Shown here piece after piece: positions 21,218 through 33,271 of a stretch of 64,000 nt of DNA (the stretch's first letter is position 1; every line of letters begins with the position of its first letter). Source of the DNA: an uncultured Gemmatimonadaceae bacterium (GTDB lineage: Bacteria; Gemmatimonadota; Gemmatimonadetes; Gemmatimonadales; Gemmatimonadaceae); assembly GCA_963751275.1 (NCBI GenBank), contig CAVVTZ010000007.1:480001-544000 (forward strand), read 5' to 3'. The notes under the pieces were generated by a model. The model was not told the origin of the DNA and made no database searches. It saw nothing but the letters and a program-made list of their open reading frames with translations. The translations under genes were made by a program, and so were the position numbers.

Positions 21218-22545
21218 GCGAGCCCGGCGGCGGCCAGCTTCGCCGCGAGCTTGGCGTGTTCTCCGCGGCGATGATGGTCGTGGGCGGCATCATCGGCAGC
21301 GGGATCTTCTTCACGCCATCCGTCTCGGCGCGCGCGCTCCCGACGGCGGAGTGGGTGCTGGCCGTGTGGGCGCTGGGCGGCGTGGTGGCCTTCGCCGGCG
21401 CGCTCACGTACGCGGAGCTCGGCGCGATGATCCCGCGAGCGGGGGGAGCCTACGCGTACATTCGGGAAGCCTTCGGCGACCTGCCCGCATTCCTTTATGG
21501 GTGGATGATCCTGGCGTCGATCGCGACCGGCGCGATCGCGGCGGTGGCGGTGGGATTCGCGGGATATCTCGCGCGTCTGGGCGTGGTGCCGGCGGATAGC
21601 ACGCTGGCGGTCGCCGCCGGGGCGATCGTGCTGCTCGCGGCCATTAATTATCTGGGCGTGAAGCCCGGTGCGATGGTGCAGAACGTGCTCACCGTGGCGA
21701 AGGTCGCGGCGCTCGGCGCGCTGATCGTGGGCGGCTTCGCGATGTGGTCGCACGTGGGCGCGCCGCTGCCGGTGGCCGATGCGCCCGCTGCGCGCACGCC
21801 GCTCATCGTGGCGCTCGGCGCCGCGTTCGTGCCGGTGCTCTTCACCATCGGCGGCTGGCAGCAGATGAACATGGCGGCGGGCGAGGTGCGCGATCCCGAG
21901 CGCACGATCCCGCGCGCGCTGGGGATCGGGATCGGCATCGTGATCGCGATCTATCTCGGCGCGAACGTCGTGTACCTGCACGCGCTCGGGCGCGACGGGC
22001 TCGCGGCGAGTAACGCCGCGGCGGCGGACGCGGCGGCGAGGTACTTCGGGCCGGGCGGCGCGACGTTCATCGCCGTCGCGGCGATGGTGTCCATCTTCGG
22101 ATTCATCAGCGTGGCGATCCTGGCGAACGCGCGCGTGGTGTACGCGATGGCGGCGGATGGGAATTTCCTGAAGGCGGCGGGCAAGGTGCATCCGCGCTTC
22201 GGGTCGCCGCACGTCGCGATCGTGCTCATCGCCGCGTGGTCGCTCGTCCTGCTCGCGGTCACTCGGGGCGATCTCGGCGCGCTGCTCTCGGGGGTGGTGT
22301 TCGCGGACTGGATCTTCTTCGGGCTCGGTGCGGCGAGCGTGTTCGCGCTGCGGCGCTCGTGGCCGGATGCGCCGCGGCCGTACCGGGTGCCGGGCTATCC
22401 CTGGCTGCCGGCGTTCTTCGTGATCTCCGCGGTGATCGGCGTGGCGAGTTCGTTCGTCTCGTCGCTGCGCATGTCGCTCTTCGGCGTGGCGCAGCTGATC
22501 GTGGGCGTCCTCGTGTACCGCTGGTTCCAATCGGGCGCCGCGTGA
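21214..22545 (+). CDS. APC-family amino acid permease
   Basis: GGIIGSGIFFTP, YAELGAMIPRAGGAY, RPYRVPGYP. Confidence 0.92.
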   Translation: MSEPGGGQLRRELGVFSAAMMVVGGIIGSGIFFTPSVSARALPTAEWVLAVWALGGVVAFAGALTYAELGAMIPRAGGAYAYIREAFGDLPAFLYGWMILASIATGAIAAVAVGFAGYLARLGVVPADSTLAVAAGAIVLLAAINYLGVKPGAMVQNVLTVAKVAALGALIVGGFAMWSHVGAPLPVADAPAARTPLIVALGAAFVPVLFTIGGWQQMNMAAGEVRDPERTIPRALGIGIGIVIAIYLGANVVYLHALGRDGLAASNAAAADAAARYFGPGGATFIAVAAMVSIFGFISVAILANARVVYAMAADGNFLKAAGKVHPRFGSPHVAIVLIAAWSLVLLAVTRGDLGALLSGVVFADWIFFGLGAASVFALRRSWPDAPRPYRVPGYPWLPAFFVISAVIGVASSFVSSLRMSLFGVAQLIVGVLVYRWFQSGAA

Positions 22546-23204
22546 CTCGCGCGGCGGCGCTGGCCTTCGCGCTGCTCGCGGCCTGTGGACACGAGCGGCG
22601 GGCCCCGGGGAACAGCGCGCCGAACGAGCCCTATCGTGTGGTGGCGTTGCGCGCGCCGGGACGGTTGGACGGCCTGATCACCCTCGCGCCGCCGCTCCGC
22701 GCGGGGGACGCCATCGTGTGGCTGAGCGATGTGCGCAGCGGCAAGCCGCTCCCGCTGTCGCGCCGCTACGAGATCGATCACGAAGGGAACGCACTCGTTC
22801 CGGCGACGCAGGCCGTGATCGCCGGCGGCACGCTCAACGTGCGCAACGACGACGAGACGCCGCACCGCGCGCGCTTCACGCTCTCGGGCGGCGGCGCCGA
22901 TTCTGTGCTTGGCACCGTGACCGAGACCGGGGCGGGGCAGGTCGTGCCGGCGCAGAAGCTGCTGCGGCGCGCCGGGCTCGTCGTGGTGACATGCGATCTG
23001 CATCCGGACACGCGCGCGTGGATCCGCGTGTTCGATCAGCCGTACTTCGCGCAGCCGGATTCCAGCGGGCGATTCGCGATCGATTCCATTCCCGCCGGCC
23101 GCTGGACGCTGCGGGTGTGGCACCCGTCGCTCGGCGAGAGTGAGCGCGAGGTGACCATCGATTCCGCGGCGCTGGCCTTCGAGGACGTGCGGATCCCGCG
23201 CTGA
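22542..23204 (+). CDS. Lipoprotein with cupredoxin-like and carboxypeptidase-regulatory-like domains
   Basis: LLAAC lipobox; CDLHP..AWIRVFDQPYFA..GRFAIDSIPAGRWTLRVWHP. Confidence 0.7.
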   Translation: MTRAAALAFALLAACGHERRAPGNSAPNEPYRVVALRAPGRLDGLITLAPPLRAGDAIVWLSDVRSGKPLPLSRRYEIDHEGNALVPATQAVIAGGTLNVRNDDETPHRARFTLSGGGADSVLGTVTETGAGQVVPAQKLLRRAGLVVVTCDLHPDTRAWIRVFDQPYFAQPDSSGRFAIDSIPAGRWTLRVWHPSLGESEREVTIDSAALAFEDVRIPR

Positions 23205-23205
23205 A

Positions 23206-25022
23206 CTAGGGCCGCGCCCGGGGCGCGTCGGGGAATTGCACCCGGTAAAGGCGCGCGTACAGACCGTTGTCGGCGAGGAGCTGCGTGTGCGAGCCTTCTT
23301 CGATGACGCGCCCGCCATCGATGACCACCACCCGGTCGGCGCGGCGCACCGTGCTCAGGCGGTGCGCGATGATGAGCGTCGAGCGGCCGCGCAGCAATTC
23401 TTCCATCGCCTTCTCGACGAGACGCTCACTCTCGCTGTCGAGGCTCGACGTGGCCTCGTCGAGGATCACCACCGCGGGATCCTTGAGGAAGACGCGCGCG
23501 ATGGCGATGCGCTGCCGCTGGCCGCCGGAGAGCTTCACGCCGCGCTCGCCCACGCGCGTGTCCATGCCGTCCTGGAAGCGCTCGATGAATTCCATGGCGT
23601 GCGCGGCGCGCGCGGCGCGCGCGACATTGATATCGGACGCATCGGGACGGCCGAAGGCGATGTTCTCGCGGATCGTGCCGCTGAAGAGCGCGGGCTCCTG
23701 GGGCACGAGTCCGATCGCGCTGCGCAGGTCATGCAGGGGCAGGCGGCGCACGTCGAGGCGGTCGAGCGTGATCGTGCCCCGCGTCGTGTCCCAGAATCGA
23801 GGCACGAGCGAGGCGATCGTGGTCTTGCCGGCGCCCGAGGGACCGACGAGCGCCACGACCTCGCCGGGGACGATCCGGAAGGAGACGTCGTGCAACACGT
23901 CGGGCAAGTCGGCGGCGTAACGGAAGGTGACACGATCGAAGCGCACGTCGCCGCGTACGGGCTTCGCGAGCGTGAGGGGCTCGGCGGGCTCGGCGATCGA
24001 CGGCTTCAGGCGCAGCAGTTCGAACACGCGCTCCGCCGCGCCGACGGCCTCCTGGAACTGTCCGAAGAGCTGCGCGAGCGCGCCCACCGCCGCGGCGACG
24101 GTGAAGGCCAGCAACAGGAATTGAACGAACTTGCCGGCGGTGAGGTCGCCCGACAGCACGAGGCGTCCGCCCTGCCAGAGCACCACCGCCACGCCGCTGA
24201 ATCCGACGAACGTGATGACGCCGAAGAAGATGCCGCGGATCCACGCGCGTCTCAGCGCCGCCGTCACGACATCCCGCAGCAGATCGAAGTACCGCTTCGT
24301 CTCGAGCGCTTCCCGCGTGAAGCTCTGCACGACGCGGATCTGGCCGAACGCCTCATCGGCCATCCCCATCGCGTCGGCGATCCGGTCCTGGACGCCGGTG
24401 CTCGACATGCGCAGCAGGCGCCCGAATATGAAGGCCGCCGCCACGACGATCGGCACCACCGCGAGCGTGGTCACGGTCAAGCGCCACTCGGTGATCGTCA
24501 GCAGCGACACGCCGCCCACGAGGTACAGCACCTGGCGCAGCAATTCCGTGACCTGATAGTTCATCACGCTCTGCAGCATCGTGATGTCGGACGACAGCCG
24601 GCTCGTCAGCTCGCCCGACCGCCGCTCGGCGAAGAAGCCCGGCGACAATCGCACGAGGTTGGCGAAGACGTCGGCGCGCAGCTGCGCGATCACCTTCTCG
24701 GCGACGACCGCGAGCGTCCACACCTGCACGAAGTTGAAGGCCCCCTGCGCCAGGAAGAGCAGGATCAGGCCGGCGGCGAAGTAGTTGAGCTGCGACGAGT
24801 CCTTCAGGACGAACGATGCGTCGAGGAGCCGGCGCACCACCAATGGAAAGACGAGTCCCAGCGCGACGCTGATCACGAGCGACACGCCGCCCACCCAGAG
24901 GCGCCCGGGATACGCGCGCATCCGCTCGAACAGCGGACGCAGCGGTCCGGGCGATGGGATCGCGCGCTTCTTCGGCGCGTCGACGAGGCCGGCCGCGGGC
25001 GCGGCCGATGTGACCGGCGCCA

Positions 25023-25023
<1 letters not shown>
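23206..25023 (-). CDS. ABC exporter, fused TMD-NBD (MsbA-like)
   Basis: 6 TM helices; GPSGAGKT, LSGGQRQR, ILDEATSSLD, IAHRLST. Confidence 0.93.
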
Positions 25024-25910
<887 letters not shown>

Positions 25911-25921
25911 CGCCCGGCCGC

Positions 25922-26890
25922 TCACGCGCCGCCTCCGCGCGCGATGATCACCGCGATGCTCGGCGGCAGCGGCGCCATCGCGGGCGACGCGCGGCGCGCG
26001 AGCAGCGCGGTCACCACGATCGCGAGCCAGACCAGCACGCCGTCCATCTGGTGCAGCGAGCGCAGCGCGGGCGGGAGCCGCATGCCGATCATCGCGCCGG
26101 CGATCAGCAGCTGCAGCAGGGCGAGCGCGAACGCGACGCGCACGCCGCGCACGGCCGCCGGGGCGCCGTCGATCTTGCGCGTGCTCATCACGAGGCCGAA
26201 GAGATGCAGGAAGAGGAGCACGGCGAGCGCGCGGTGCGTCATCTGGATGAGTACGAGCCGCTGGACGATCGGCGACGCCTCGCCCGCGCCGCAGAGAGGG
26301 AACGACGGGCACACGATGTTCGCGCCCGGCACCTTCGCGGTGAGCCCGCCGAAGATGAGCACGAGCAGCGCGAGACCCACCGCGGCCGCGGTGCTGCGGA
26401 ACAGCGACGCCGGCGCGGTCGCCGGTGCGCCGCCGCCGAAGTCGCCGGCGCGCACCAGTGCGTTCGCGAGCGTCGCCAGCAGCGAGGCCGCCAGCACCCA
26501 ATGCACCACCGTCGCGAATGGCGCGTTCTGGAAGAACACCGTGACCGCGCCGAAGAGCGCCGTGGTGATCACGATCCCCAGCGCCGCGGCCGCGGGCCGC
26601 AGCACGCCCCCCGAGCCGCCCACGCCGGGCGTCGCGCGCGCGCGCCAGGCCGCGAGCACCGTCGCCGCGATCGTCACGATCAGCACGAGCGCGAGCAGCC
26701 GGTGCGTCCACTCCACCACCAGCGTCGGCTGGCTCATGGGGGGGAACCACGCGCCCTGGCACATCGGCCAATGCTCGCCGCATCCCATGCCCGAGCCGGA
26801 GATGCGCACGAAGCCGCCGAACATGATGTGCACCACCGCGACGGCCAGCGAAGCGCGCAGCAGCGTGCGCAGCGAGGGAGGAATGTTCAC
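25922..26890 (-). CDS. ctaA: Heme A synthase (COX15/CtaA)
   Basis: GFVRISGSGMGCGEHWPMCQG, EWTHR, CPSFPLC, MTHR, SLHQ. Confidence 0.9.
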   Translation of the reverse strand: MNIPPSLRTLLRASLAVAVVHIMFGGFVRISGSGMGCGEHWPMCQGAWFPPMSQPTLVVEWTHRLLALVLIVTIAATVLAAWRARATPGVGGSGGVLRPAAAALGIVITTALFGAVTVFFQNAPFATVVHWVLAASLLATLANALVRAGDFGGGAPATAPASLFRSTAAAVGLALLVLIFGGLTAKVPGANIVCPSFPLCGAGEASPIVQRLVLIQMTHRALAVLLFLHLFGLVMSTRKIDGAPAAVRGVRVAFALALLQLLIAGAMIGMRLPPALRSLHQMDGVLVWLAIVVTALLARRASPAMAPLPPSIAVIIARGGGA

Positions 26891-27105
26891 GGGTGCATCG
26901 CGCGCCAAGTGAACCCCAGCACCACCGCGAGCGCGATGGCGGGAAGCACCGTCCACGCGAATTCCGTCCGCGCGCGCGGCTCGGGCACGCCGGCCGGTGT
27001 CGCCCCGCCCGCCGCCCGCGCGCGCGCCCGGAACAACGAGCGCAGGATGAGCGTCTGTCCCGCGGCGCAGCTCAGCGCCGCGCACCAGAAGAAGAAATCA
27101 CGCAT
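26887..27105 (-). CDS. Small two-helix membrane protein, resembles a COX2 TM helix
   Basis: 72 aa; EFAWTVLPAIAL; stop overlaps the ctaA start. Confidence 0.6.
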   Translation of the reverse strand: MRDFFFWCAALSCAAGQTLILRSLFRARARAAGGATPAGVPEPRARTEFAWTVLPAIALAVVLGFTWRAMHP

Positions 27106-27188
27106 AGGGACGAAAGGTGCCACCCGGCCGGGGGCGGGTCAACGGCGCCGCTCTCGCCGCGCCGCTTCGCGCATCGTATGTTCCGCGC

Positions 27189-28550
27189 ATGTCCGAGGCC
27201 CCCGGCAAGCTCCCGCGTCAGCTCGGTCTCTGGAGCGCCACCGCGGTGCTCATCGGCTCCACCATCGGCTCGGGGATCTTCCGCTCGCCCGCGGGCATCG
27301 CGGCGCGGCTGCCGGGTCCGCTGCCGTTGCTCGCGGTGTGGGTGGCCGGCGGCCTCTTCGCGCTCTGCGGCGCGCTCACGCTCGCCGAGATCGCGGGGGC
27401 GTACCCGCAAACGGGCGGCATCTATGTGTTCCTGCGCGAAGCGTGGGGGCGCCGCTCTGCATTCCTCTTCGGATGGTCGGAGCTGGTCGTGATCCGCGCC
27501 GCGAGCTACGGCGCGATCTCCACCACCTTTGCCGCCTACTTCTTCCGCGCGTTCGGCCACGATCCGAAGGCCGCGCCGTACGACACCTACGTGCACTGGG
27601 TGGCCGCCGCCGCGATCGCGCTCACCGCGACCTTCAACTATGTGGGCCTGCGCTGGGGCTCGCTGGTGCAGAACCTCACGACGCTCGCGAAGTACGGCGG
27701 CCTGATGTTCATCGTGCTGCTCGCCTTCGCGCTCGGCCTGCCGCACACCGGCGGCCACTACACGCCCGCGGCGCCGCCGGGGAGCTTCACCTTCGGCGCC
27801 TTCGGCCTCGCGCTCGTGTCGGTGCTCTGGGCCTACGACGGCTGGGAGGATGTCACCTTCGTCGCCGGCGAGGTGAAGGACCCGCGCCGCGTGATGCCGC
27901 GCGCGATCATCATCGGGACGCTGGCCGTCATCGCCATCTATCTCCTCGCGAACCTGGCCTATCTCGCGGTGCTCGATGTGAACCAGATCGCGTCGTCCCA
28001 GCTCGTGGCCGCGGAAGTCGCGCAGCAGGTCGTGGGGCCGATCGGCGTCGTGTTCGTGGCGGTCACGGTGATGCTCTCCACCTTCGGTACGCTCAACGGC
28101 TCGATCATGACCGCGCCGCGCATCTTCTTCGCGATGGCCGATGACGGGCTGTTCTTCAGCGGCATCGCCAGAGTGCATCCGCGCTTCCGCACGCCGAGCC
28201 GCGCGATCCTGCTCTCGGCCGCGCTCGGCATCGTGTTCGTGCTGCTGCTCAACTTCGAGCGGCTCGCCGACACCTTCGTCATCGCGATCGTGCCCTTCCT
28301 CGCGCTGGCCGTCGCGGGCGTGTATCGGCTGCGCGGCCGGCCCGGCTACGATCCGCCGTTCAAGGTGCCGGGCTACCCCGTGGTGCCGATGCTGTTCATC
28401 CTCTCCACGATCGCGCTCCTCGTGAACGCGCTCATGGACCCCGACATCCCGAACCGCTGGTGGACGCTTGGCGTGCTGCTCACCGTGCTCGCGGGACTGC
28501 CCGTGTATCAGGCCACCGTGGGTAGGGACAAGACCGTGACGAATGGGTGA
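27189..28550 (+). CDS. APC-family amino acid permease
   Basis: GSTIGSGIFRSP, WAYDGWE, AGEVKDP, FKVPGYP. Confidence 0.92.
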   Translation: MSEAPGKLPRQLGLWSATAVLIGSTIGSGIFRSPAGIAARLPGPLPLLAVWVAGGLFALCGALTLAEIAGAYPQTGGIYVFLREAWGRRSAFLFGWSELVVIRAASYGAISTTFAAYFFRAFGHDPKAAPYDTYVHWVAAAAIALTATFNYVGLRWGSLVQNLTTLAKYGGLMFIVLLAFALGLPHTGGHYTPAAPPGSFTFGAFGLALVSVLWAYDGWEDVTFVAGEVKDPRRVMPRAIIIGTLAVIAIYLLANLAYLAVLDVNQIASSQLVAAEVAQQVVGPIGVVFVAVTVMLSTFGTLNGSIMTAPRIFFAMADDGLFFSGIARVHPRFRTPSRAILLSAALGIVFVLLLNFERLADTFVIAIVPFLALAVAGVYRLRGRPGYDPPFKVPGYPVVPMLFILSTIALLVNALMDPDIPNRWWTLGVLLTVLAGLPVYQATVGRDKTVTNG

Positions 28551-28674
28551 TTTTGCTTTCTTGACGCATACGCCGTTGGCGAGATAGTTTTGCCCCGTCG
28601 CCGGCAAGGCGGCGGTGTCCATTTCCGGCCGGGCCCATCGCCCCGCCAATCATCACCCAGGGAGAGGTCCCCTC

Positions 28675-31600
28675 ATGAACACAATTCGTTGGCTGCGCAC
28701 CTTCGCCATTCTCACGCTGGCGGCGGCTGTCGCGGTCCCGTCGCGCATTGCCGCGCAGGGAACGACGACCGCGGCCATCACGGGCACCGTCACGGACTCG
28801 TCGACCAAGGAGCCGGTCGAAGCGGCGCAGGTGCAGATCGTGAACAAGGCGACCGGCGCCTCGATCACCGCGCAGACGCGGCCGTCCGGCGTCTACTTCA
28901 TCGCGGGGCTCGAGGTCGGCGTCCCGTACACGGTCACCGTGCGGCGCATCGGCTACCGCCCGAAGACGGACGGCGTCGCGCGCCTCGCGCTGAGCCAGCG
29001 CGCCGTACTGAACTTCCAGCTCGAGCCGCAGGCCGCGACGCTCGCCGCGATCACGGTCGAGGCGGGCGACCAGCTCTCCCCGATCATCAACCCGAACCGC
29101 AAGGGCACCGGCTCGCTGGTGGATGACAGCATCCTCAAGCGCGCGCCGACGCTGAACCGCAACTTCACCGACTTCATGAGCACGGTGCCGCAGGTGGCGA
29201 CGCAGCCGAACGGCACGACGTCGGCCGGCGGCGTGAACAACCGCTACAACAACATCCAGATCGACGGCGCGAACAGCAACGACCTGTTCGGCCTCGGCGG
29301 CACCGGCCAGCCGGGCGGTCAGTCCAACGGGAAATCGATCTCGCTCGACGCGGTGAAGGAATACCAGGTGCTGCTCTCGCCCTACGACCTGAACTTCTCC
29401 GGGTTCAACGGCGCCTTGGTGAACGCGGTGACCAAGAGCGGCACGAACGACTTCGATGGCGACATCTTCTATTACTTCCGCAACCAGAACTTCGCGGCGA
29501 ACGTCCCCTTCATTCAGAATTCGGGCCTCTATGTCGAGCAGTACGGCGCGTCGGTGTCCGGCCCGCTCATCAAGGACCGGCTGCATTTCTTCGCGAACGG
29601 CGAGTGGCAGCTGCGCGCGCAGCCGAGTACGGGCCCGTACGTCGGCCAGGCCGCGAACGCCGCGTCGCCGCTCACGGTGGACTCGGCGACCACGCAGCGC
29701 TTCATCAACGATCTGACGGCGCTGGGGATCCCGGCCGGCACGGGCGGCGCGACCAACAACCAGAACCCGCTCACGAACGGCTTCGGACGTCTCGACCTCG
29801 CGCTGCCCGAGATCAACAGCACGCTCACGCTCCGCGACAACTACGCGAGCGGCAGCATCAACGTGTTCAGCCGCTCCTCGACCTTCCCGCTCACGTCGCA
29901 GCTGTACACCATCGCGGACTACAACAACAGCCTGGTGCTGCAGCTGAACTCCACGATGCAGAGCGGGTCGAGCAACGAGTTCATCGCGGCGTACCAGACG
30001 ATCTCGGACCTGCGCTCGCCGATCACGGGAGCGAATTTTCCGACGATCGTCGTGACGGTGCCCGGTCTCCAGAGCGCGACGATCAACGAGCTCGGCGGCG
30101 CCGAGCAGTTCTCGCAGGGGAACTCGCTGGACCAGAAGATGCTGCAGCTGAAGGACAACTACTCCTTCTTCGTGGGCGACAACAACCGCGTGACGACGGG
30201 CGTCTCGGCCGACATCTGGAGCTTCACGAACCTGTTCACCGAGAGCTCGTACGGCGTGTGGACGTTCAACTCGCTGGATTCGCTCGAGGCGGGCAACGCG
30301 AACCGCTACCGCGTCTCGCTGCCGCTGACCAACCCGCCGGCCGTGGTCGCCAACCCGCAGGGCGTGACGTACGGCGCGTACGTCGAGGACAACTGGACGC
30401 CGAACCCGCGCTTCAACATGACGTTCGGTCTCCGCATCGATGTGCCGGTGATCTCGAACGCGCCGCCCTACACGGCGTCCTTCGATTCGATCTTCGGCGG
30501 ACTCTTCCAGTCGATGGGCCGCCAGGCGAACACCTCGGTCGTGCCGTCGGGCAACATTCAGTGGGAGCCGCGCATCGGCTTCAACTGGGACATGGACGGT
30601 GAGAAGCGGAACCAGCTGCGCGGCGGCGCCGGCATCTTCGTCGGCCGTCCCGCCATGGTGTGGATGGCGAACTCCTGGCAGAACTCGGGCAGCGGCCTCG
30701 GCTTCCTGATGTGCGGGCGATCGACCGATCCGGGACCGCTCACGCCGGTGTTCGGTCCGGAGACGTGGGAGCGCCGCCGCAGACCTGCCCGAACGGCGCG
30801 GGCCTCGCCAGCGGCGTCGTCGGCCCGGTGGACATCATGGACAAGAACCTCAAGATGCCCGAAGTATTCCGCGCGAACCTCGCGTACGACACGCGGCTGC
30901 CGAATGACTTCTTCCTCACGTTCGAGGCGCTGTACACGCAGGGGCTCAACAACTTCTTCTATATCAACCGCAACATCAATTACGACTCGGCCTACATCGG
31001 CCGGAACGGCCGCTACATGTACGGCACCATCGCGGCGAACGGCGTGCCCACCACGTTCGTCTACGACGCATCGCACCGCTACTCGGAAGTCATCGACATC
31101 GTCAACCAGTCGAAGGACTACGCGTACGATCTGACGGTGGAGCTGCACAAGCGGGTGTTCAGCTCGCTCGATACCCGCGTCGCGTACACCTTCTCGCACT
31201 CGTACGACGTGGCGTCGCTCAACTCCAGCCGCGCCATCTCGAACTGGCAGTTCGGCCGGGAAGAGGGCGGCAATATCCTCGCGCAGAACGTGACCCCCTC
31301 GGCGTATGACCAGCCGAACAAGCTCCTGATCTCGGGCACGTACACGTTCCCGTGGAAGACGTGGAAGACGGACTTCTCGCTGATCTACTCGGGCTACTCG
31401 GGCTCGACGTTCGACTACGTGTACGGCGGCTCCGGCAGCCGCGGCGACCTGAACGGCGACGGCAACCAGAACGACCTGATCTACGTGCCGACGAACGTGT
31501 ACGATCCGAATCAGGTGCAGTTCCAGACGATCCCGGCGAGCGGCAGCCATGCCGCGGTGCTGGCGAGCACGCAGCAACTCGCACTGTACAACCTCATCCA

Positions 31601-31982
31601 GAGCACGCCCTGTCTGCGCGAGCATCAGGGCGAGATCCTGACGCGCGATTCGTGCCGCAATCCCTGGGTCAACCAGCTCGATGCGACGCTCATCCAGAAT
31701 CTCCCGCGCTTCGGCGGCCACAACGTGCAGCTCCGTCTGGACATCTTCAACGTGCCGAACATGCTGAACGGTTCGTGGGGTCTCGTCCGGCAGGCCGGCG
31801 GCAGCTCCTTCACCGACGTGTCCTTGCTCACGGTGACCGGCACCTCGGCGCCGGTGACTCGCGCGATTCCGCAGAGCGGCATCCCGATCGTGCAGTTCCA
31901 GCCGACGTACATTCAGTATCCCACGGTCAATGCCGTGTACTCGTATTACCAGCTGCAATTCTCGGCTCGATTCGACTGGTAG
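28675..31982 (+). CDS. TonB-dependent receptor (Oar-like) with N-terminal carboxypeptidase-regulatory-like domain; frameshift near 30765
   Basis: Signal peptide, NNIQIDGA, VNAVTKSGTN, EPRIGFNWD, C-terminal QFSARFDW; split over two ORFs. Confidence 0.9.
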
Positions 31983-32024
31983 CTCGAAGAGCAGTCGTTG
32001 GTCGTATGCGTTTGGATGGATCAA

Positions 32025-32056
32025 AACGGGGGCGCCGCGAAAGCGGCGCCCCCGTT
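32025..32056. terminator. Probable bidirectional intrinsic terminator hairpin
   Basis: AACGGGGGCGCCGC-GAAA-GCGGCGCCCCCGTT, a 14-bp stem between convergent genes. Confidence 0.75.
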
Positions 32057-32093
32057 GATCTGCGGCCTGGCGGATCTGGTGGATCGGTCCGTG

Positions 32094-32239
32094 GGAACTG
32101 CCTTTGACAGGATTCACATGATGAACGTGATGACGACCTGACGTTGCTGGGAACCCCATGGCGCCTCGCGTCCTTCGAGCGCCCGCAGTCCCGCAGTTCA
32201 CATCATGTCCGTCATGTTCATCATGTCAAATGCAGTTCC
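32094..32239. repeat. Palindromic-family element, copy C (degenerate, non-palindromic core)
   Basis: GGAACTGCCTTTGACAGGATTCACATGATGAACGTGATG ... CATCATGTCCGTCATGTTCATCATGTCAAATGCAGTTCC. Confidence 0.8.
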
Positions 32240-32293
32240 TACTCCCCACGAACCTACCACGGACACGATTCTCGCGACGGACACGAGGCTTCG

Positions 32294-33271
32294 CTAGAAC
32301 ACCTTCACGTTGATGTATTTCTTCGGATTCGCCTTGATGTCGGCCGTCAGTGAATCCAGCCGCGCCAGCAACGCACGCAGATTATTGTAGACCCCCGGGT
32401 CGTTCATCAGCAGGCCGATGGTGCCTTTGCCGCTGTCGGCCTTCGCGAGGAGCGCGTTCACGCGCACGCTGGACGAATCCAGATTGCGCGTGAGCGAGGC
32501 GAGGTTCTTCGACGCGGCCGAGAGGCTGTGCATCGTCGAGTCCACCGTGGCGGAGTCGATCGCGTTGAGGCTGCGCCGCAGGGAGGCCAACGTGGCGGTG
32601 AGCGCCTTGGACTGCGTGTTCGCCACGTCGTTGAGGTTGGTCACGAGCGTGTTCGTGGACGCGATCGTCTTGCGCAGCTCGGCGATGCCGCCGTTCGTGA
32701 CGAATTCGATCTTCACGGTGCGCGCGACATCGTTCAGCGACCCCGTGATGGTGTCCATCTTGAAGAGGATGTCGTCGATCGACGGCGCGCCGTGTCCTGC
32801 GGGGATGGTGTCGTTCGCCGCCATGAACGCGCCGGGCCGGCACACCGGACCCTGGTCGCCGGCGGGTGCCGCGGCCGGCGGAGCCGGCGCGGCGCCGCGC
32901 GCCGGCTCGGTGGCTCCCACCGGCGGCTGGTAGCGCCGGCACGGCTTGATCGCCACCGACTTGTCGCCGAAGATCCCTTCCGAGATCACGGTCACGGTGC
33001 TCCCCTCGGGGACCTTCCGGCCGCGGTCGATCGCCATCTTCACATCGAGATACCCCTCGGGATCGAGGTCCACGTTCTGCACGTATCCGATCTGCACACC
33101 GGCGAGATAGACGGGCTGCCCGACTTTCAGCTGCTGCCCCCAGTCGAAGCGCGCGAACATCGGATACGACTTGGTCCAGCCGCGCCGCGCGAGATAGAGC
33201 GTGCCGACGATCCCCACAACCACCGCGATCGTGACGAAGATGCCGACGATGACTTCGTCCTTACGTTTCAT
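32294..33271 (-). CDS. mlaD: MCE/MlaD family protein
   Basis: N-terminal TM, LKVGQPVYLAGVQIGYV, GIFGDKSV, helical tail, GTIGLLMNDPGVY..NPKKY. Confidence 0.88.
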   Translation of the reverse strand: MKRKDEVIVGIFVTIAVVVGIVGTLYLARRGWTKSYPMFARFDWGQQLKVGQPVYLAGVQIGYVQNVDLDPEGYLDVKMAIDRGRKVPEGSTVTVISEGIFGDKSVAIKPCRRYQPPVGATEPARGAAPAPPAAAPAGDQGPVCRPGAFMAANDTIPAGHGAPSIDDILFKMDTITGSLNDVARTVKIEFVTNGGIAELRKTIASTNTLVTNLNDVANTQSKALTATLASLRRSLNAIDSATVDSTMHSLSAASKNLASLTRNLDSSSVRVNALLAKADSGKGTIGLLMNDPGVYNNLRALLARLDSLTADIKANPKKYINVKVF

